A stretch of 64,000 nt of DNA from Candidatus Eiseniibacteriota bacterium (GTDB lineage Bacteria; Eisenbacteria; RBG-16-71-46), in the NCBI GenBank assembly GCA_963707915.1, contig OY970178.1, positions 1-64,000 of the forward strand, read 5' to 3'. Each line of letters opens with the position of its first letter. Positions within the stretch are counted from its first letter, which is position 1. The notes under the pieces are model-generated. The model was not told where the DNA came from. It worked only from the letters and a program-made list of their open reading frames with translations, and searched no databases. A program made the translations under genes and the position numbers. Positions 1 through 9,347 of this stretch are shown in pieces.

Positions 1-349
1 AGCCGGTGAAGCGGGCGCTGCCGCAGAGGTTCTCGCGCCCCGAGCGGCAGAAGGAGCATTCTCCGCAGGTCCAGCCCAGCCACGCGATGCCGACGCGCTC
101 GCCCGCGTGGAAGCGCATCGCGCCGGGGCCGAGGGCGTCCACCTCGCCGGCGATCTCGTGGCCGAGGATCAGCGGCAGCCTGGGGCCCGCGAGCTCGCCG
201 TCCACCACGTGCAGGTCGGTGCGGCACACCGCGCAGGCCCGCACCCGCACGCGCAACTGCCCGGGCCCGGGCGCGGGCACGGGCAGCGTGACCGCGCGCA
301 GCGGCGCGCCCGCCCGCTCGAGGATCATCGCCCGCATCGTCGCACTCAT
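1..349 (-). CDS. Zinc-dependent alcohol dehydrogenase family protein (partial, runs off the left edge)
   Basis: Not in the ORF track; translated by hand from ATG at 349 with an AGGAGG RBS: MSATMRAMILERAGAPL...ACAVCRTDLHVVDG...ILGHEIAGEV...GERVGIAWLGWTCGECSFCRSGRENLC. This has the GHE catalytic-Zn motif and the structural-Zn Cys cluster. Confidence 0.9.
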   Translation of the reverse strand, partial: MSATMRAMILERAGAPLRAVTLPVPAPGPGQLRVRVRACAVCRTDLHVVDGELAGPRLPLILGHEIAGEVDALGPGAMRFHAGERVGIAWLGWTCGECSFCRSGRENLCGSARFTG

Positions 350-369
350 GCCCGCCTCCTCGCTTCGAT

Positions 370-449
370 CGCCCGCGAGTCCCCCGCGCCCGCCCGTGCC
401 CGCACCGCGCGCACCGCCCGCGAGTCCCCCGCGCCCGCCCGTGCTCGCA
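370..449. repeat. Two-copy direct repeat, 35 bp, one mismatch, 45-bp period
   Basis: cgcccgcgagtcccccgcgcccgcccgtgcccgca (370-404) and cgcccgcgagtcccccgcgcccgcccgtgctcgca (415-449), in the divergent intergenic region. Confidence 0.85.
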
Positions 450-548
450 TCATCCTAGCCCCACCGCCCGCCCGGCGCCCGTCGTGCCAGGCCCGGCGCC
501 GGTGGTTTCCGTGGCAGCCGGGCGTGGCGCTCTGCTAGAGTCCGGCCC

Positions 549-1928
549 ATGAGACCCTACCCGCTTGCAGTCTCGTCGCTGCTGCTGGCCTGCGTGCTCG
601 CGGTCCCGAGCGCGGCCCCGGCCCGCGCGGCCGCCGGCTCGAAGCCGGCCCGGAAGACCGCTGCCGGACCCCGGATGGTGCTGCCCTTCATCCAGGACGA
701 CTACACCCGCGCGCTCGCCGAGGCGCGGGCCCGCAAGCTGCCGCTCTTCATCGAAGCCTGGGCGCCGTGGTGACACACCTGCCGGTCGATGAGGGCCTTC
801 GTCTTCACCGATAGGTCCCTCACGCGGCACGCCGGGCGGTTCGTCTGGCTCGAGATCGACACCGAGAAGCCGCAGAACGCGGCCCTGAAGAAGAAGCTCG
901 GGGTCCCCGCGCTTCCCACGTACTTCGTGCTGGACCCGGCCAGCGAGCGGGTGGTGCTGCGCTGGGTGGGCGGCTTCACCGTCTCGCAACTGGAGCGGAT
1001 CATCGAGGGCGGCGTCGCCGCGGTCGGCGACCAGGTGGACAGGACCGGCGCGGGGGCGGCGCTCGCGCGGGCCGACCGCGCCTACGGCGAGAGCCTGGAC
1101 AGCGTGGCGGTCGTGGCGTACCGCGAGGCGCTCGCCCAGGCCCCGCCCGGCTGGCCGCAGTACTCGCGGGCGGTCGAGGCGCTGTTGTTCGCGCTCGACC
1201 GCACCGGGGACTACGCGGCCGAGGCGGACCTGGCCCGCGAGGCCTACCCGCGGCTGCGGGGCACGGCATCGGCCGCGAACGTGGCGGGATGCGGGCTGGG
1301 TGCGGCGCTCGGGCTGCCCGATTCCGCTCCGCAGCGCGCGGCCCTGGTCGCCGGGTTCGAGACCGGCGTGCGCGAGGTGCTCGCCGACACCGCGCTGGGG
1401 ATCGCGGACGACGACCGTTCGGGGCTCTACCTCGGGCTGCTCGACGCCCGCCGGGACGCGAAGGACGAGGAGGGGGCGAAGCGTGCCGCGGCCGAGTGGT
1501 CCGCGTTCCTCGACGGCGCGGCGGCTCGCGCGAAGACCCCCGAGCAGCGCACGGTGTTCGATTCGCACCGGCTCTCGGCCTACCGGGAACTGGGGCAGGT
1601 CGAGCGCGCGATCCCGATGCTGGAGGCCGCCGAGCGCGACCTGCCGGAGGACTACAACCCGCCGGCCCGGCTCGCCACCGCCTACCTGTGGCTGAAGCGC
1701 TGGGACGAGGCACTGGCGCCGTCGAGCCGGGCGCTGGCGAAGGCGTACGGGCCGCGCAAGCTCGGCATCTACTCGACCCGCGCGGACATCTTCAGCGGCA
1801 AGGGGGACCGGGAGGCGGCGCGCAGGACGCTCGAGGAGGCGATCGCCTACGCGGATGCCCTGCCGCCAGGGCAACGCTCGGAGAACGCCATCCTGGGGCT
1901 GCGCAAGAAGCTCGAGGCGCTCAAGTAG
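549..1928 (+). CDS. Secreted thioredoxin-like + TPR protein, probable selenoprotein (in-frame TGA 771-773 in W-U-H-T-C), 459 aa
   Basis: ORFs 549..773 and 789..1928 are in the same frame and separated only by TGA CAC ACC TGC CGG TCG. Joined they read signal peptide...PLFIEAWAPW-U-HTCRSMRAFVFTD...FVWLEIDTEK...GVPALPTYFVLDP (Trx fold with cis-Pro loop), followed by TPR-like helices. Confidence 0.8.
780..829 (+). promoter_or_regulatory. Candidate bacterial SECIS-like stem-loop just 3' of the in-frame UGA
   Basis: Nested pairings tgccg/cggca, gagggcct/aggtccctc and tcgt-cttc-accga; the stem starts at 780, 6 nt past the UGA. Confidence 0.5.
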
Positions 1929-2099
1929 CGCGGCGGCGAGCGGCCGCGATGGAGGGGGCGGACGCGATGGCGTCCGCCCCATTCGTATTTCCGCTTGTCG
2001 GGCAACGGGATACGGCGCAAGCGGCCGGCGGTCGCCGGGCCGGCGGACCCGCCGCTGCTGCGGGAAGAGGCCCAGGCCGTCGACCGTCGAGCTCAGTGG

Positions 2100-2127
2100 T
2101 CAAGTCCCTGTTCCCCAAGGCCGATAC
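2100..2127 (+). promoter_or_regulatory. Putative sigma28 (FliA/SigD)-type promoter
   Basis: TCAAG-N15-GCCGATAC upstream of the HDOD gene; resembles the TAAA...GCCGATAA consensus, with spacing at the long end. Confidence 0.45.
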
Positions 2128-2204
2128 CGTGTTTCAAGGATCTTCCGCGGGCCCCCGTGGCTTCCTGCCTCGGGTGTGTCCATGTCTGGAAGGGCGAGGG
2201 CCCG

Positions 2205-3299
2205 ATGTCGTCCCAACTCTGGCAACGACTTGTCGTGGGGTTCCGGTCCGTGCTGGGGCCGAAGCCCGAGCGCGCCGAATCGTCGGTGACCGTGCTCGAC
2301 CCCGAGCCGGTCCCGGCGAGTCGCAGCCTGGCCGAGGACCTCGAGGAATCCGTCCCGCCACCCGGCCCGGCATACCCGGACGACGCGGACGGCGACCCGG
2401 CCGCGCAGATCGAGGCCGCCCAGGCCGCCCTCGACCGCAGTCTCACCTGGCGGGTCAAGGTCCTCCTCGAGCAACCGCTCGGCGTCACCGACTTCGGCGA
2501 CGGTCCCTCCGTCGCGATCTCGCTCTGGAAGGGGGAAGGCGTCGAGATCCGCCAGATCCCCTTCGCGGCCCAGCAGGCGCTCGCCGTGAGCCGCAATCCC
2601 CTGTGCAGCGTCGGGGACCTGGTGAAGCTCTTCGAGCGCGACCCCTCGCTCACGCAGTCGTTGCTCAGGACCGCGAACTCCTCCTGGTACCGGCGCGACG
2701 ACGACGCGGTCATCTCGATCGCCGCGGGGGTGCAGCGGATCGGCTTCCAGGCGGTCGAGAACGTCCTGCTCACGAGCATCGTGGCGGGGATGCTCTGCCG
2801 GCCCGGCGGGGCGTACGGCGTGCTGGTCGACAAGGTGTGGTCGCACATGCTGCGCACCGCGACCCTGGCGCAGCGGCTCGCGCCCGCCTTCCGTGTGGAC
2901 TCGGAGACGGCCTACACCCTCGCCCTGCTGCACGACGTCGGCAAGCTCGCCGTCTTCGACTACATCTCGGCCTGCCGGCGGGACCTGCATCGCGAGATCC
3001 GGATGCCCGAGCCGTTCCTGTACAACATGCTGAAGCGCCTGCACGAGCCCATCGGCGGCCGTGCGGCGCTGCGCTGGGGACTGGGCGCCCGGGCCGCACT
3101 GGCGCTGGCCGAGCACCACCGCCACCCGGCCCCGGACCGGCCCGATCCCCTGACCGAGCTGCTCTACGTCGCCGAGCGGCTCGATCTCGCCGCCCACGTC
3201 CGGTTCGACGAGCCCGACTGGGAGACGATGTGGGCGGATGGCAAGATCACGACGGACCGCGCGGCGGTGGAACGGCGCTACGCGGTGGACACGGAATAG
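2205..3299 (+). CDS. HDOD domain-containing signalling protein
   Basis: Motifs ERDPSLTQSLLRTANSSWY, ISIAAGVQRIG, VWSHMLRTA, ALLHDVGKL, HEPIGG...WGL...EHH. The ATG at 2205 is preferred over the ORF-track start at 1995. Confidence 0.85.
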   Translation: MSSQLWQRLVVGFRSVLGPKPERAESSVTVLDPEPVPASRSLAEDLEESVPPPGPAYPDDADGDPAAQIEAAQAALDRSLTWRVKVLLEQPLGVTDFGDGPSVAISLWKGEGVEIRQIPFAAQQALAVSRNPLCSVGDLVKLFERDPSLTQSLLRTANSSWYRRDDDAVISIAAGVQRIGFQAVENVLLTSIVAGMLCRPGGAYGVLVDKVWSHMLRTATLAQRLAPAFRVDSETAYTLALLHDVGKLAVFDYISACRRDLHREIRMPEPFLYNMLKRLHEPIGGRAALRWGLGARAALALAEHHRHPAPDRPDPLTELLYVAERLDLAAHVRFDEPDWETMWADGKITTDRAAVERRYAVDTE

Positions 3300-3378
3300 G
3301 AGCCTCGCAGGGCGGGCCCACGCGGGCCCGCGACCGAGGCCGCGCAGCCTGGCGGGACAAGGGCCAAGGAGGACCAGA

Positions 3379-4611
3379 GTGGACGCATTCATCGCCCGTC
3401 AGCCGATCTTCGACCGTCGCCTGGGGGTCTACGCCTACGAGCTGCTCTTCCGCTCGGGGTTCAAGGACTTCTTCGACCATCCCGATCCCGACCAGGCCAG
3501 CTCGAAGGTGATCGCGGACAGCCTCCTGCTGCCCGGCCTCGACTCGATGACCGGCGGCCGGCCGGCATTCATCAACGTCACCCGCGAGCTCCTGGTCGGT
3601 GGCGGGATCGGCCTGTTGCCCGCCTCGACGACGGTGGTGGAGATCCTCGAGACGGTCGAGCCGGACCGCGAGGTCCTGGACGCCTGCCGCACGCTCAAGG
3701 GCAAGGGCTACCTGCTGGCGCTCGACGACTTCGCCTGCGGTTCCCCGTGGGAGTCCTGGCTCGACCTGGCCGACATCATCAAGGTCGACGTGCTCGCCTC
3801 CGGCCCGGCGGACCGCGCGACGCTGGCGCGGCGCTTCAAGCAGGGCGGCCCGCGGCTGCTCGCGGAGAAGGTCGAGACCCAGGCCGTCCATCTCGAGACC
3901 AGCGGACTCGGCTACCAGTTCTTCCAGGGGTTCTTCTTCGAGCGGCCGACGACGCTCTCCGCCCGGGACATCCCGACCTCCAAGCTCCACGAGGTCCAGC
4001 TCCTGCGCGAGATCCACCGGCCGGGCCTCGACTTCGGCGCCCTCGAGGAGATCATCGAGCACGAGGTCGGGCTCTCCTACAAGCTGCTGCGCTACATCAA
4101 CGCCGCCTTCTTCGGCTGGCACGGCAACGTGGACTCGATCCGGCACGCGCTGATGCTGCTCGGGGAGCGCGAGATCCGGAACTGGGCGTCGGTGGTCATC
4201 CTGGCGGGCATGGCGAGCGACAAGCCCGACGAACTGGTGACGCAGGCGCTCACCCGCGGGCGGCACTGCGAACTGCTGTCCCCCGCGGCCGGGCTGGGGC
4301 CGCGCGCACATGACGTCTTCCTCATGGGCACGTTCTCGCTGATCGACGCGATCCTCGACTGCCCGATGGCGACCGTCCTGCGGGAGATCCCGATCGCGTC
4401 GGACATCAAGGACGCGCTGCTGGGACAGCCTGGGCCGCTGCGCGACCTCTTCACCGTGGTGGTGGCGTACTCCGGCGGCGACTGGGCGCTGGTGAGCGAG
4501 CGGGCGAAGCGGCTCGGGCTGGACGAGGAGGCGATCCCCGCCGCCTACCTCGAGGCCCTCCACTGGTGCGACGAGAGCCTCGAGCGCGCCGTGGGCAGCC
4601 GCGCCGCCTGA
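3379..4611 (+). CDS. EAL + HDOD domain protein (YuxH/PdeH-like putative c-di-GMP phosphodiesterase)
   Basis: GTG start after AGGAGG; FIARQPIFD...YELLFR, AFINVT, VVEILE, ALDDF, IIKVD, LAEKVET, FQGFFF, then HDOD (LSYKLLRYIN). Confidence 0.9.
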   Translation: MDAFIARQPIFDRRLGVYAYELLFRSGFKDFFDHPDPDQASSKVIADSLLLPGLDSMTGGRPAFINVTRELLVGGGIGLLPASTTVVEILETVEPDREVLDACRTLKGKGYLLALDDFACGSPWESWLDLADIIKVDVLASGPADRATLARRFKQGGPRLLAEKVETQAVHLETSGLGYQFFQGFFFERPTTLSARDIPTSKLHEVQLLREIHRPGLDFGALEEIIEHEVGLSYKLLRYINAAFFGWHGNVDSIRHALMLLGEREIRNWASVVILAGMASDKPDELVTQALTRGRHCELLSPAAGLGPRAHDVFLMGTFSLIDAILDCPMATVLREIPIASDIKDALLGQPGPLRDLFTVVVAYSGGDWALVSERAKRLGLDEEAIPAAYLEALHWCDESLERAVGSRAA

Positions 4612-4633
4612 CGGCGCGGCGCCGGGTCCTTTC

Positions 4634-4660
4634 GCGGGGGCGTCGTCCCGACGCCCCCGC
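4634..4660. terminator. 12-bp perfect hairpin between convergent genes (probable terminator)
   Basis: gcgggggcgtcg-tcc-cgacgcccccgc; no clear U-tract. Confidence 0.55.
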
Positions 4661-4663
4661 TCC

Positions 4664-5581
4664 TCATAGCTCGGCCTGGGCTGCGGCCGGCGCGGTCCCC
4701 AGCGCGCCGAGGGCGATGCCCGACAGGATGAGGGCCGCGCCGCCCAGCTCGAGCGGCGTGGGGACCTCATGGAGCAGCCCGAAGGCGAGCGCGCCGGACC
4801 CCACCGGCTCGCCCAGCAGCGCGATGGCCACGAACGACGCCGGCAGGTAGCGCAGCGCCCAGTTGAAGCTGGAGTGACCGAGCAACTGGGGCAGGAGGGC
4901 CAGCAGGACGAGCCAGAGGTAGGTGGCGGGCGCGAGGCCCAACAGGCTCCGCCCCGAGATCGTCATCGCGGTCGTGAGCACGACCGCCGCCATGCCGTAG
5001 ACCACGAAGATGTACGGCACGAGTGCGAGGTCCGAGCGCAGGCGGCGTCCGACCATGAGGTAACCGGCCATCATCCAGGCCCCCGCGAGCGCCATCAGGT
5101 CGCCGGTCAGCGCCCGGCCCGGCGGGCCCGTGACCGCGCGGGTCGCCCCGGCGCCGCCGAGCCCGACGATGACGCCGCCTGCCAGCGCCAGCGCGATGCC
5201 GAGCGCCAGCCGGCGCGTGAGCCGCTCGCGCAGCAGCAGGGGCGAGAGCAGTCCCACCCAGAGCGGCGTGGTCGTCACCAGCACCACGGAGCTGACCACC
5301 GTGGTGCGCTCGAGCGAAGCGATCCAGAGGGCGAAGTGGGCGGCGAGGAACAGGCCCGCCAGAGCGGCGAGCCGCAGCTCGCGGGCGGTCAGGCCGGCGA
5401 GGGCGCCGCGGTGGCGGCCGAGCGCGAACGGGGCGAGCGCCAGGGTCGCGAACACCAGGCGCCCGGCGGCGATGGTCAGCGACGAGGCGGCCGGCTGGGC
5501 ATAGCGGATGAAGATCGAGGCCGTCGAGACGGCGAGGATCCCCGCCGCGAGGACGAGCAGTTGGAGCGGCCGCGCGCGCAC
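4664..5581 (-). CDS. DMT/EamA family transporter
   Basis: About 10 hydrophobic segments in two repeats; AVSTASIFIR, LAAHFALWIASL, GDLMALAGA, LLGEPVGS. Confidence 0.9.
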   Translation of the reverse strand: MRARPLQLLVLAAGILAVSTASIFIRYAQPAASSLTIAAGRLVFATLALAPFALGRHRGALAGLTARELRLAALAGLFLAAHFALWIASLERTTVVSSVVLVTTTPLWVGLLSPLLLRERLTRRLALGIALALAGGVIVGLGGAGATRAVTGPPGRALTGDLMALAGAWMMAGYLMVGRRLRSDLALVPYIFVVYGMAAVVLTTAMTISGRSLLGLAPATYLWLVLLALLPQLLGHSSFNWALRYLPASFVAIALLGEPVGSGALAFGLLHEVPTPLELGGAALILSGIALGALGTAPAAAQAEL

Positions 5582-5681
5582 CGCGGGATTATCCGCGATT
5601 TCGCGCGGGGACGCGACCGGATGTAGGATACCCGGCCTTCGGTCGCCAGCGACTCACCCGTGAAACAAAGGACGGTTCCCG

Positions 5682-6380
5682 ATGAAGCGAGCCCTCGTAC
5701 TGTTGGTCGTCCTCGGCGTGGCCGCGTCGTGGCTCACCGGTTGCAGCAGCCCGAAGAAGCAGGCCGCGGGCCAGGCGGCGCCGCCCGCCGACATCGCCAT
5801 TGCGCACGGTGGCACGGAGGCCGGTGGAAGCGCGCCGCCCCCGGCCGAAGGGCAGCCTCCGCAGGGCGCGATGGGCGGCATGCCGCCGGGTGGCGTGGCC
5901 GAACCGCCGGCGAGCGGCTCGCCGACCGCGGCTGCAGGGCTCGCCTGGACGCTGCCCGCGGGCTGGAGCATCGAGGCTCCGCGCTCCATGCGGGTCGCGA
6001 CCTATGCCATCCCGGCCGCGCCGGGCGACGCCGAGGGCGGGGAGTGCGCCGTGTTCTACTTCGGCTCCGGCCAGGGCGGCGGCGTGGACGCCAACCTCCA
6101 GCGCTGGATCGCGCAGTTCCAGCCCGCGGCCAGGTCGAAGCGCTGGGCGAAGAAGGTCAACGGCCTGCCGGTGAGCCTCGCCGACGTGTCGGGCACCTAC
6201 ACCGCTCACGGCGGCTCGATGTCGCAGTCGTCGGGCGACAAGACCGGCTGGCGGCTGCTCGGTGCCATCGCCGAGGGCCCGCAAGGCGCGGTCTTCTTCA
6301 AGCTCACCGGTCCCGAGAAGACCGTGGCCGCCGCGAACCGGGGCTTCGACGCGCTGGTTGGCTCGCTGAAGGCGAAGTAG
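5682..6380 (+). CDS. Putative lipoprotein of unknown function
   Basis: Signal peptide with lipobox LTGC, Pro/Gly-rich linker, then a globular domain (MRVATYAIP...GGGVDANLQRWIAQF...VFFKLTGP). Confidence 0.7.
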   Translation: MKRALVLLVVLGVAASWLTGCSSPKKQAAGQAAPPADIAIAHGGTEAGGSAPPPAEGQPPQGAMGGMPPGGVAEPPASGSPTAAAGLAWTLPAGWSIEAPRSMRVATYAIPAAPGDAEGGECAVFYFGSGQGGGVDANLQRWIAQFQPAARSKRWAKKVNGLPVSLADVSGTYTAHGGSMSQSSGDKTGWRLLGAIAEGPQGAVFFKLTGPEKTVAAANRGFDALVGSLKAK

Positions 6381-6449
6381 CGGGGGCGTCGGCCCCTGGC
6401 GGCGCATCGGCATGACGACCGACCACCGGAGCGCGGGAGCTCCCACGGC

Positions 6450-8204
6450 GTGAGCCGTCGCGCGGACTCCCGCCGCTCGCTTCGGCCCGGTCGTGCGGCC
6501 GTGCCGTGGTTCGCGGTCCTCACCGGGGCAGCCGTGCTGTGGGGCGCGGTGACCGCCTGGCGGCAGGCCTGGCTCTCGGACGACGCGTACATCTCCTTCC
6601 GGTACGCCGAGAACCTGGTGAACGGGCTCGGCCTCGTGTTCAACCGCGGCGAGCGCGTCGAGGGCTACAGCAACTTCCTCTGGACGGTCTGGACCGCGGC
6701 CGGGATGAAGCTGGGCGCGGGACCCGAGGGCTGGTCGATCTTCTGGGGGATCGCCTGCTACGCGGCCAGCATCCTGCTGCTCGCGCTGCTCGCCCGCCGC
6801 TTCGCGGGCCGCGGTCCGGCGACCGCGGTGGTCCCGGCAGGCGCGTGGCTCGCCGCGCTCCACCCGGCGTGGGCCCGGTTCGCGACGAGCGGGCTCGAGA
6901 CCTCGCTCTTCACCTTCCTCGCGCTGCTCGGGTTCTTCGTGGTCACGTCGAGTGGCGCGCGCCGGGCGGCGATCGCCGGAGGGGTGTTCGGGTTGCTGGC
7001 CATGACGCGCCCGGACGGTCCGGTGCTCGCGCTCCCGGCCGGACTCTACCTGCTGTTCGCGCAGCGGCCGCGGGTGCGGACGGCGCTGGTATTCGGAGCC
7101 TGCTTCGCGGCGCTGTGGGTGCCGTACACCCTCTGGCGCGTCTCCTACTACGGCTCGTTCTTCCCCAACACCTACTACGCCAAGTCGGCCGGTCTCGCCT
7201 GGTGGAGCCAGGGGTTCCGCTACCTGGGGCTGTACGCGCTCAAGTACTGGCCGCTGCTCCTCGGCATCCCGCTCGGCGTGGCGGGGATCCTGCGGAGCGG
7301 CTCCTCCGCGGCGCGCCGGGAGAAGGACCGTGCGAGCGCGGGCGCGGGAGCGGGCCTGCTTGCGCTGGCGATGCTGGCGGCGTACACGCTCTACGTCGCG
7401 CGCGTCGGCGGGGACTTCATGTTCGCCCGCTTCCTCATCCCGGTGACCCCGTTCCTGCTGGTGCTGACCGACCTGGGCTGGCAGCGCCTGCCCGGACGCC
7501 GCCCGCTCGCGGTGGCGGGCACGACCGCCGCGATGGCGCTGTGCGTGCTGGTCACTCCCGACCCGATCGCCGGCACCGCGGTCCGGGCCGGCGTCACCAA
7601 CGAGTGGGCGCTCTACACCCCGGGATTCTCCGCCCGGGTGCGCGCCACCGGGGAGACGATCCGGCCGTACCTCGAGGGACTGCCGGCGCGGATGGCCTTC
7701 CTGGGAGCGGAGGCCCGCGCCATCTACTACTCGAAGGTCGCCACTGCGATCGAGTGCACCACGGGTCTGACCGACAGCGCGATCGCGCGCCAGCCGCTGG
7801 CGCAGCGGGGGCGCGTGGGTCACGAGAAGCGGGCCTCGGCCGATCTCCTGCTGGGACCGCGCGGGGCGAACCTGGTCATGTCGCTCACCGAGTTCAAGGC
7901 GCTCGGCCTGCAATCGCGGGTCTACGGGGTGCCCGTCGGGATGGGCACCCACTCGGCGATGCTCATCCGCTGGGAGCCGGCGCTGGTGGCCGGGCTGGTC
8001 GCCCGGGGGGCGAGCGTGTACGACCTCCCAGCGGCCCTGGACCGCTACCTGGCGACCCTCGACTTCCAGCCCGACTCCGCGGTGGCGCAGACCTACCGCC
8101 AGGTCAAGGCGGCCTACCTCGACCCGGCGGGCGACCGCGCCCGCGAAGCCGTGTTCCTGCGGCGCCTGGCCCGCGGCGGGTCCGCACCGCGAGGGCGGCG
8201 CTAG
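6450..8204 (+). CDS. Polytopic membrane GT-C-type glycosyltransferase-like protein
   Basis: First loop DDAYISFRYAENL..G.GLVFNRGERVEGYSNFLW, plus SGLETSLF, TRPDG, PNTYYAK and GGDFM..RFLIP; many TM segments. Confidence 0.7.
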   Translation: MSRRADSRRSLRPGRAAVPWFAVLTGAAVLWGAVTAWRQAWLSDDAYISFRYAENLVNGLGLVFNRGERVEGYSNFLWTVWTAAGMKLGAGPEGWSIFWGIACYAASILLLALLARRFAGRGPATAVVPAGAWLAALHPAWARFATSGLETSLFTFLALLGFFVVTSSGARRAAIAGGVFGLLAMTRPDGPVLALPAGLYLLFAQRPRVRTALVFGACFAALWVPYTLWRVSYYGSFFPNTYYAKSAGLAWWSQGFRYLGLYALKYWPLLLGIPLGVAGILRSGSSAARREKDRASAGAGAGLLALAMLAAYTLYVARVGGDFMFARFLIPVTPFLLVLTDLGWQRLPGRRPLAVAGTTAAMALCVLVTPDPIAGTAVRAGVTNEWALYTPGFSARVRATGETIRPYLEGLPARMAFLGAEARAIYYSKVATAIECTTGLTDSAIARQPLAQRGRVGHEKRASADLLLGPRGANLVMSLTEFKALGLQSRVYGVPVGMGTHSAMLIRWEPALVAGLVARGASVYDLPAALDRYLATLDFQPDSAVAQTYRQVKAAYLDPAGDRAREAVFLRRLARGGSAPRGRR

Positions 8205-8266
8205 CTCCGTCCACCTGTGGGGCGCCAGGTCCGCGCCGCGGCCTCCTGCGCTATCATCGCCCCGTC

Positions 8267-9322
8267 ATGGACACGCCCCCGGACGACCCCAGCCCCAGAC
8301 CGCCGCGCCGGCCGCGCTACCGTGGCACGCACCCGCGCCGCTTCGAGGAGCGGTACAAGGAGCTCGCGGCGGACCAGTACCCGGAGATCGTCCCGCACGT
8401 GCTCGCCAAGGGCCGCACGCCCGCCGGGCAGCACGTGCCGATCATGGTGGAGGAGATCCTCGAGGTGCTGGCGCCCGCGCCCGGCGAGCGCGGGGTGGAC
8501 GCCACGCTCGGCTGGGGCGGACACGCTCGGCGCCTGCTCGAGCGGCTCGCGCCCGGAGGCCGCCTGCTCGGGCTCGACGCCGATCCGGTCGAGCTGCCGC
8601 GCACCGAGGCGCGGCTGCGCGCCCTCGGCCACGACGAAGGCGCGCTCACCGTGCGGCGCACGAACTTCGCCGGCCTGCACGCCGCCGTCCTGGCCATGGG
8701 CTGGGACGACGGCGCGGACTTCGTGCTCGCCGACCTCGGCGTCTCCTCGATGCAGCTCGACAACCCCGCGCGCGGGTTCGGCTACGGCGCGGACGGGCCG
8801 CTCGACATGCGCATGAATCCCGGCCGCGGGCTGTCGGCTGCCGCGTGGCTCGAGCGCGCGACGCCGGCCGCGATCGCGCGCGTGCTGGCCGCGCACGCCG
8901 ACGAGCCGCAGGCCGCGCGCATCGCGGAGGCGCTGGCGGCGCGGCGCGGCCGGCTGGGCACCACGCAGGCGCTGGCCGCCGCGGTGCGCGAAGCGCTCGC
9001 TGGCCTGGCGCCCGACGACGAAGTCGACCTGAGCGTGCGCCGGGTCTTCCAGGCCCTGCGGATCGAGGTCAACGACGAGCTCGGCGCGCTCGACGCGCTG
9101 CTGCGCGGCCTGCCGGCCTGCCTGCGCCCCGGCGGGCGCGTCGCGGTGCTCACCTTCCACTCCGGCGAGGACCGCCGCGTGAAGCACGCCTTCGCCCGGG
9201 GCGAGCGCGAAGGCCTCTACGCCGGCGTCGCGCGCGAGGTGGTCCGCGCGTCGGCCCGGGAGCGGTTCGACAACCCGCGATCGCGATCCGCCAAGCTGCG
9301 CTGGGCGCGCCGGGCGGGATAG
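8267..9322 (+). CDS. rsmH: 16S rRNA (cytosine-1402-N4)-methyltransferase RsmH family, with N-terminal extension
   Basis: HVPIMVEE, DATLGWGGHA, DLGVSSMQLD, GPLDMRMN, FQALRIEVNDEL, FHSGEDRRVK, NPRSRSAKLR. True ATG is at 8267, inside ORF 6506..9322. Confidence 0.92.
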   Translation: MDTPPDDPSPRPPRRPRYRGTHPRRFEERYKELAADQYPEIVPHVLAKGRTPAGQHVPIMVEEILEVLAPAPGERGVDATLGWGGHARRLLERLAPGGRLLGLDADPVELPRTEARLRALGHDEGALTVRRTNFAGLHAAVLAMGWDDGADFVLADLGVSSMQLDNPARGFGYGADGPLDMRMNPGRGLSAAAWLERATPAAIARVLAAHADEPQAARIAEALAARRGRLGTTQALAAAVREALAGLAPDDEVDLSVRRVFQALRIEVNDELGALDALLRGLPACLRPGGRVAVLTFHSGEDRRVKHAFARGEREGLYAGVAREVVRASARERFDNPRSRSAKLRWARRAG

Positions 9323-9347
9323 CGGAGGCGCGGCCGCGCCGGCGCGC

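Noticed and set aside
370..449. CRISPR-like repeat
   Set aside because: Only two copies with a 10-bp gap, and no cas genes in the window.
549..773. Stand-alone 74-aa peptide plus a separate 379-aa protein
   Set aside because: The split cuts a thioredoxin domain at its active site; a single read-through CDS explains it better.
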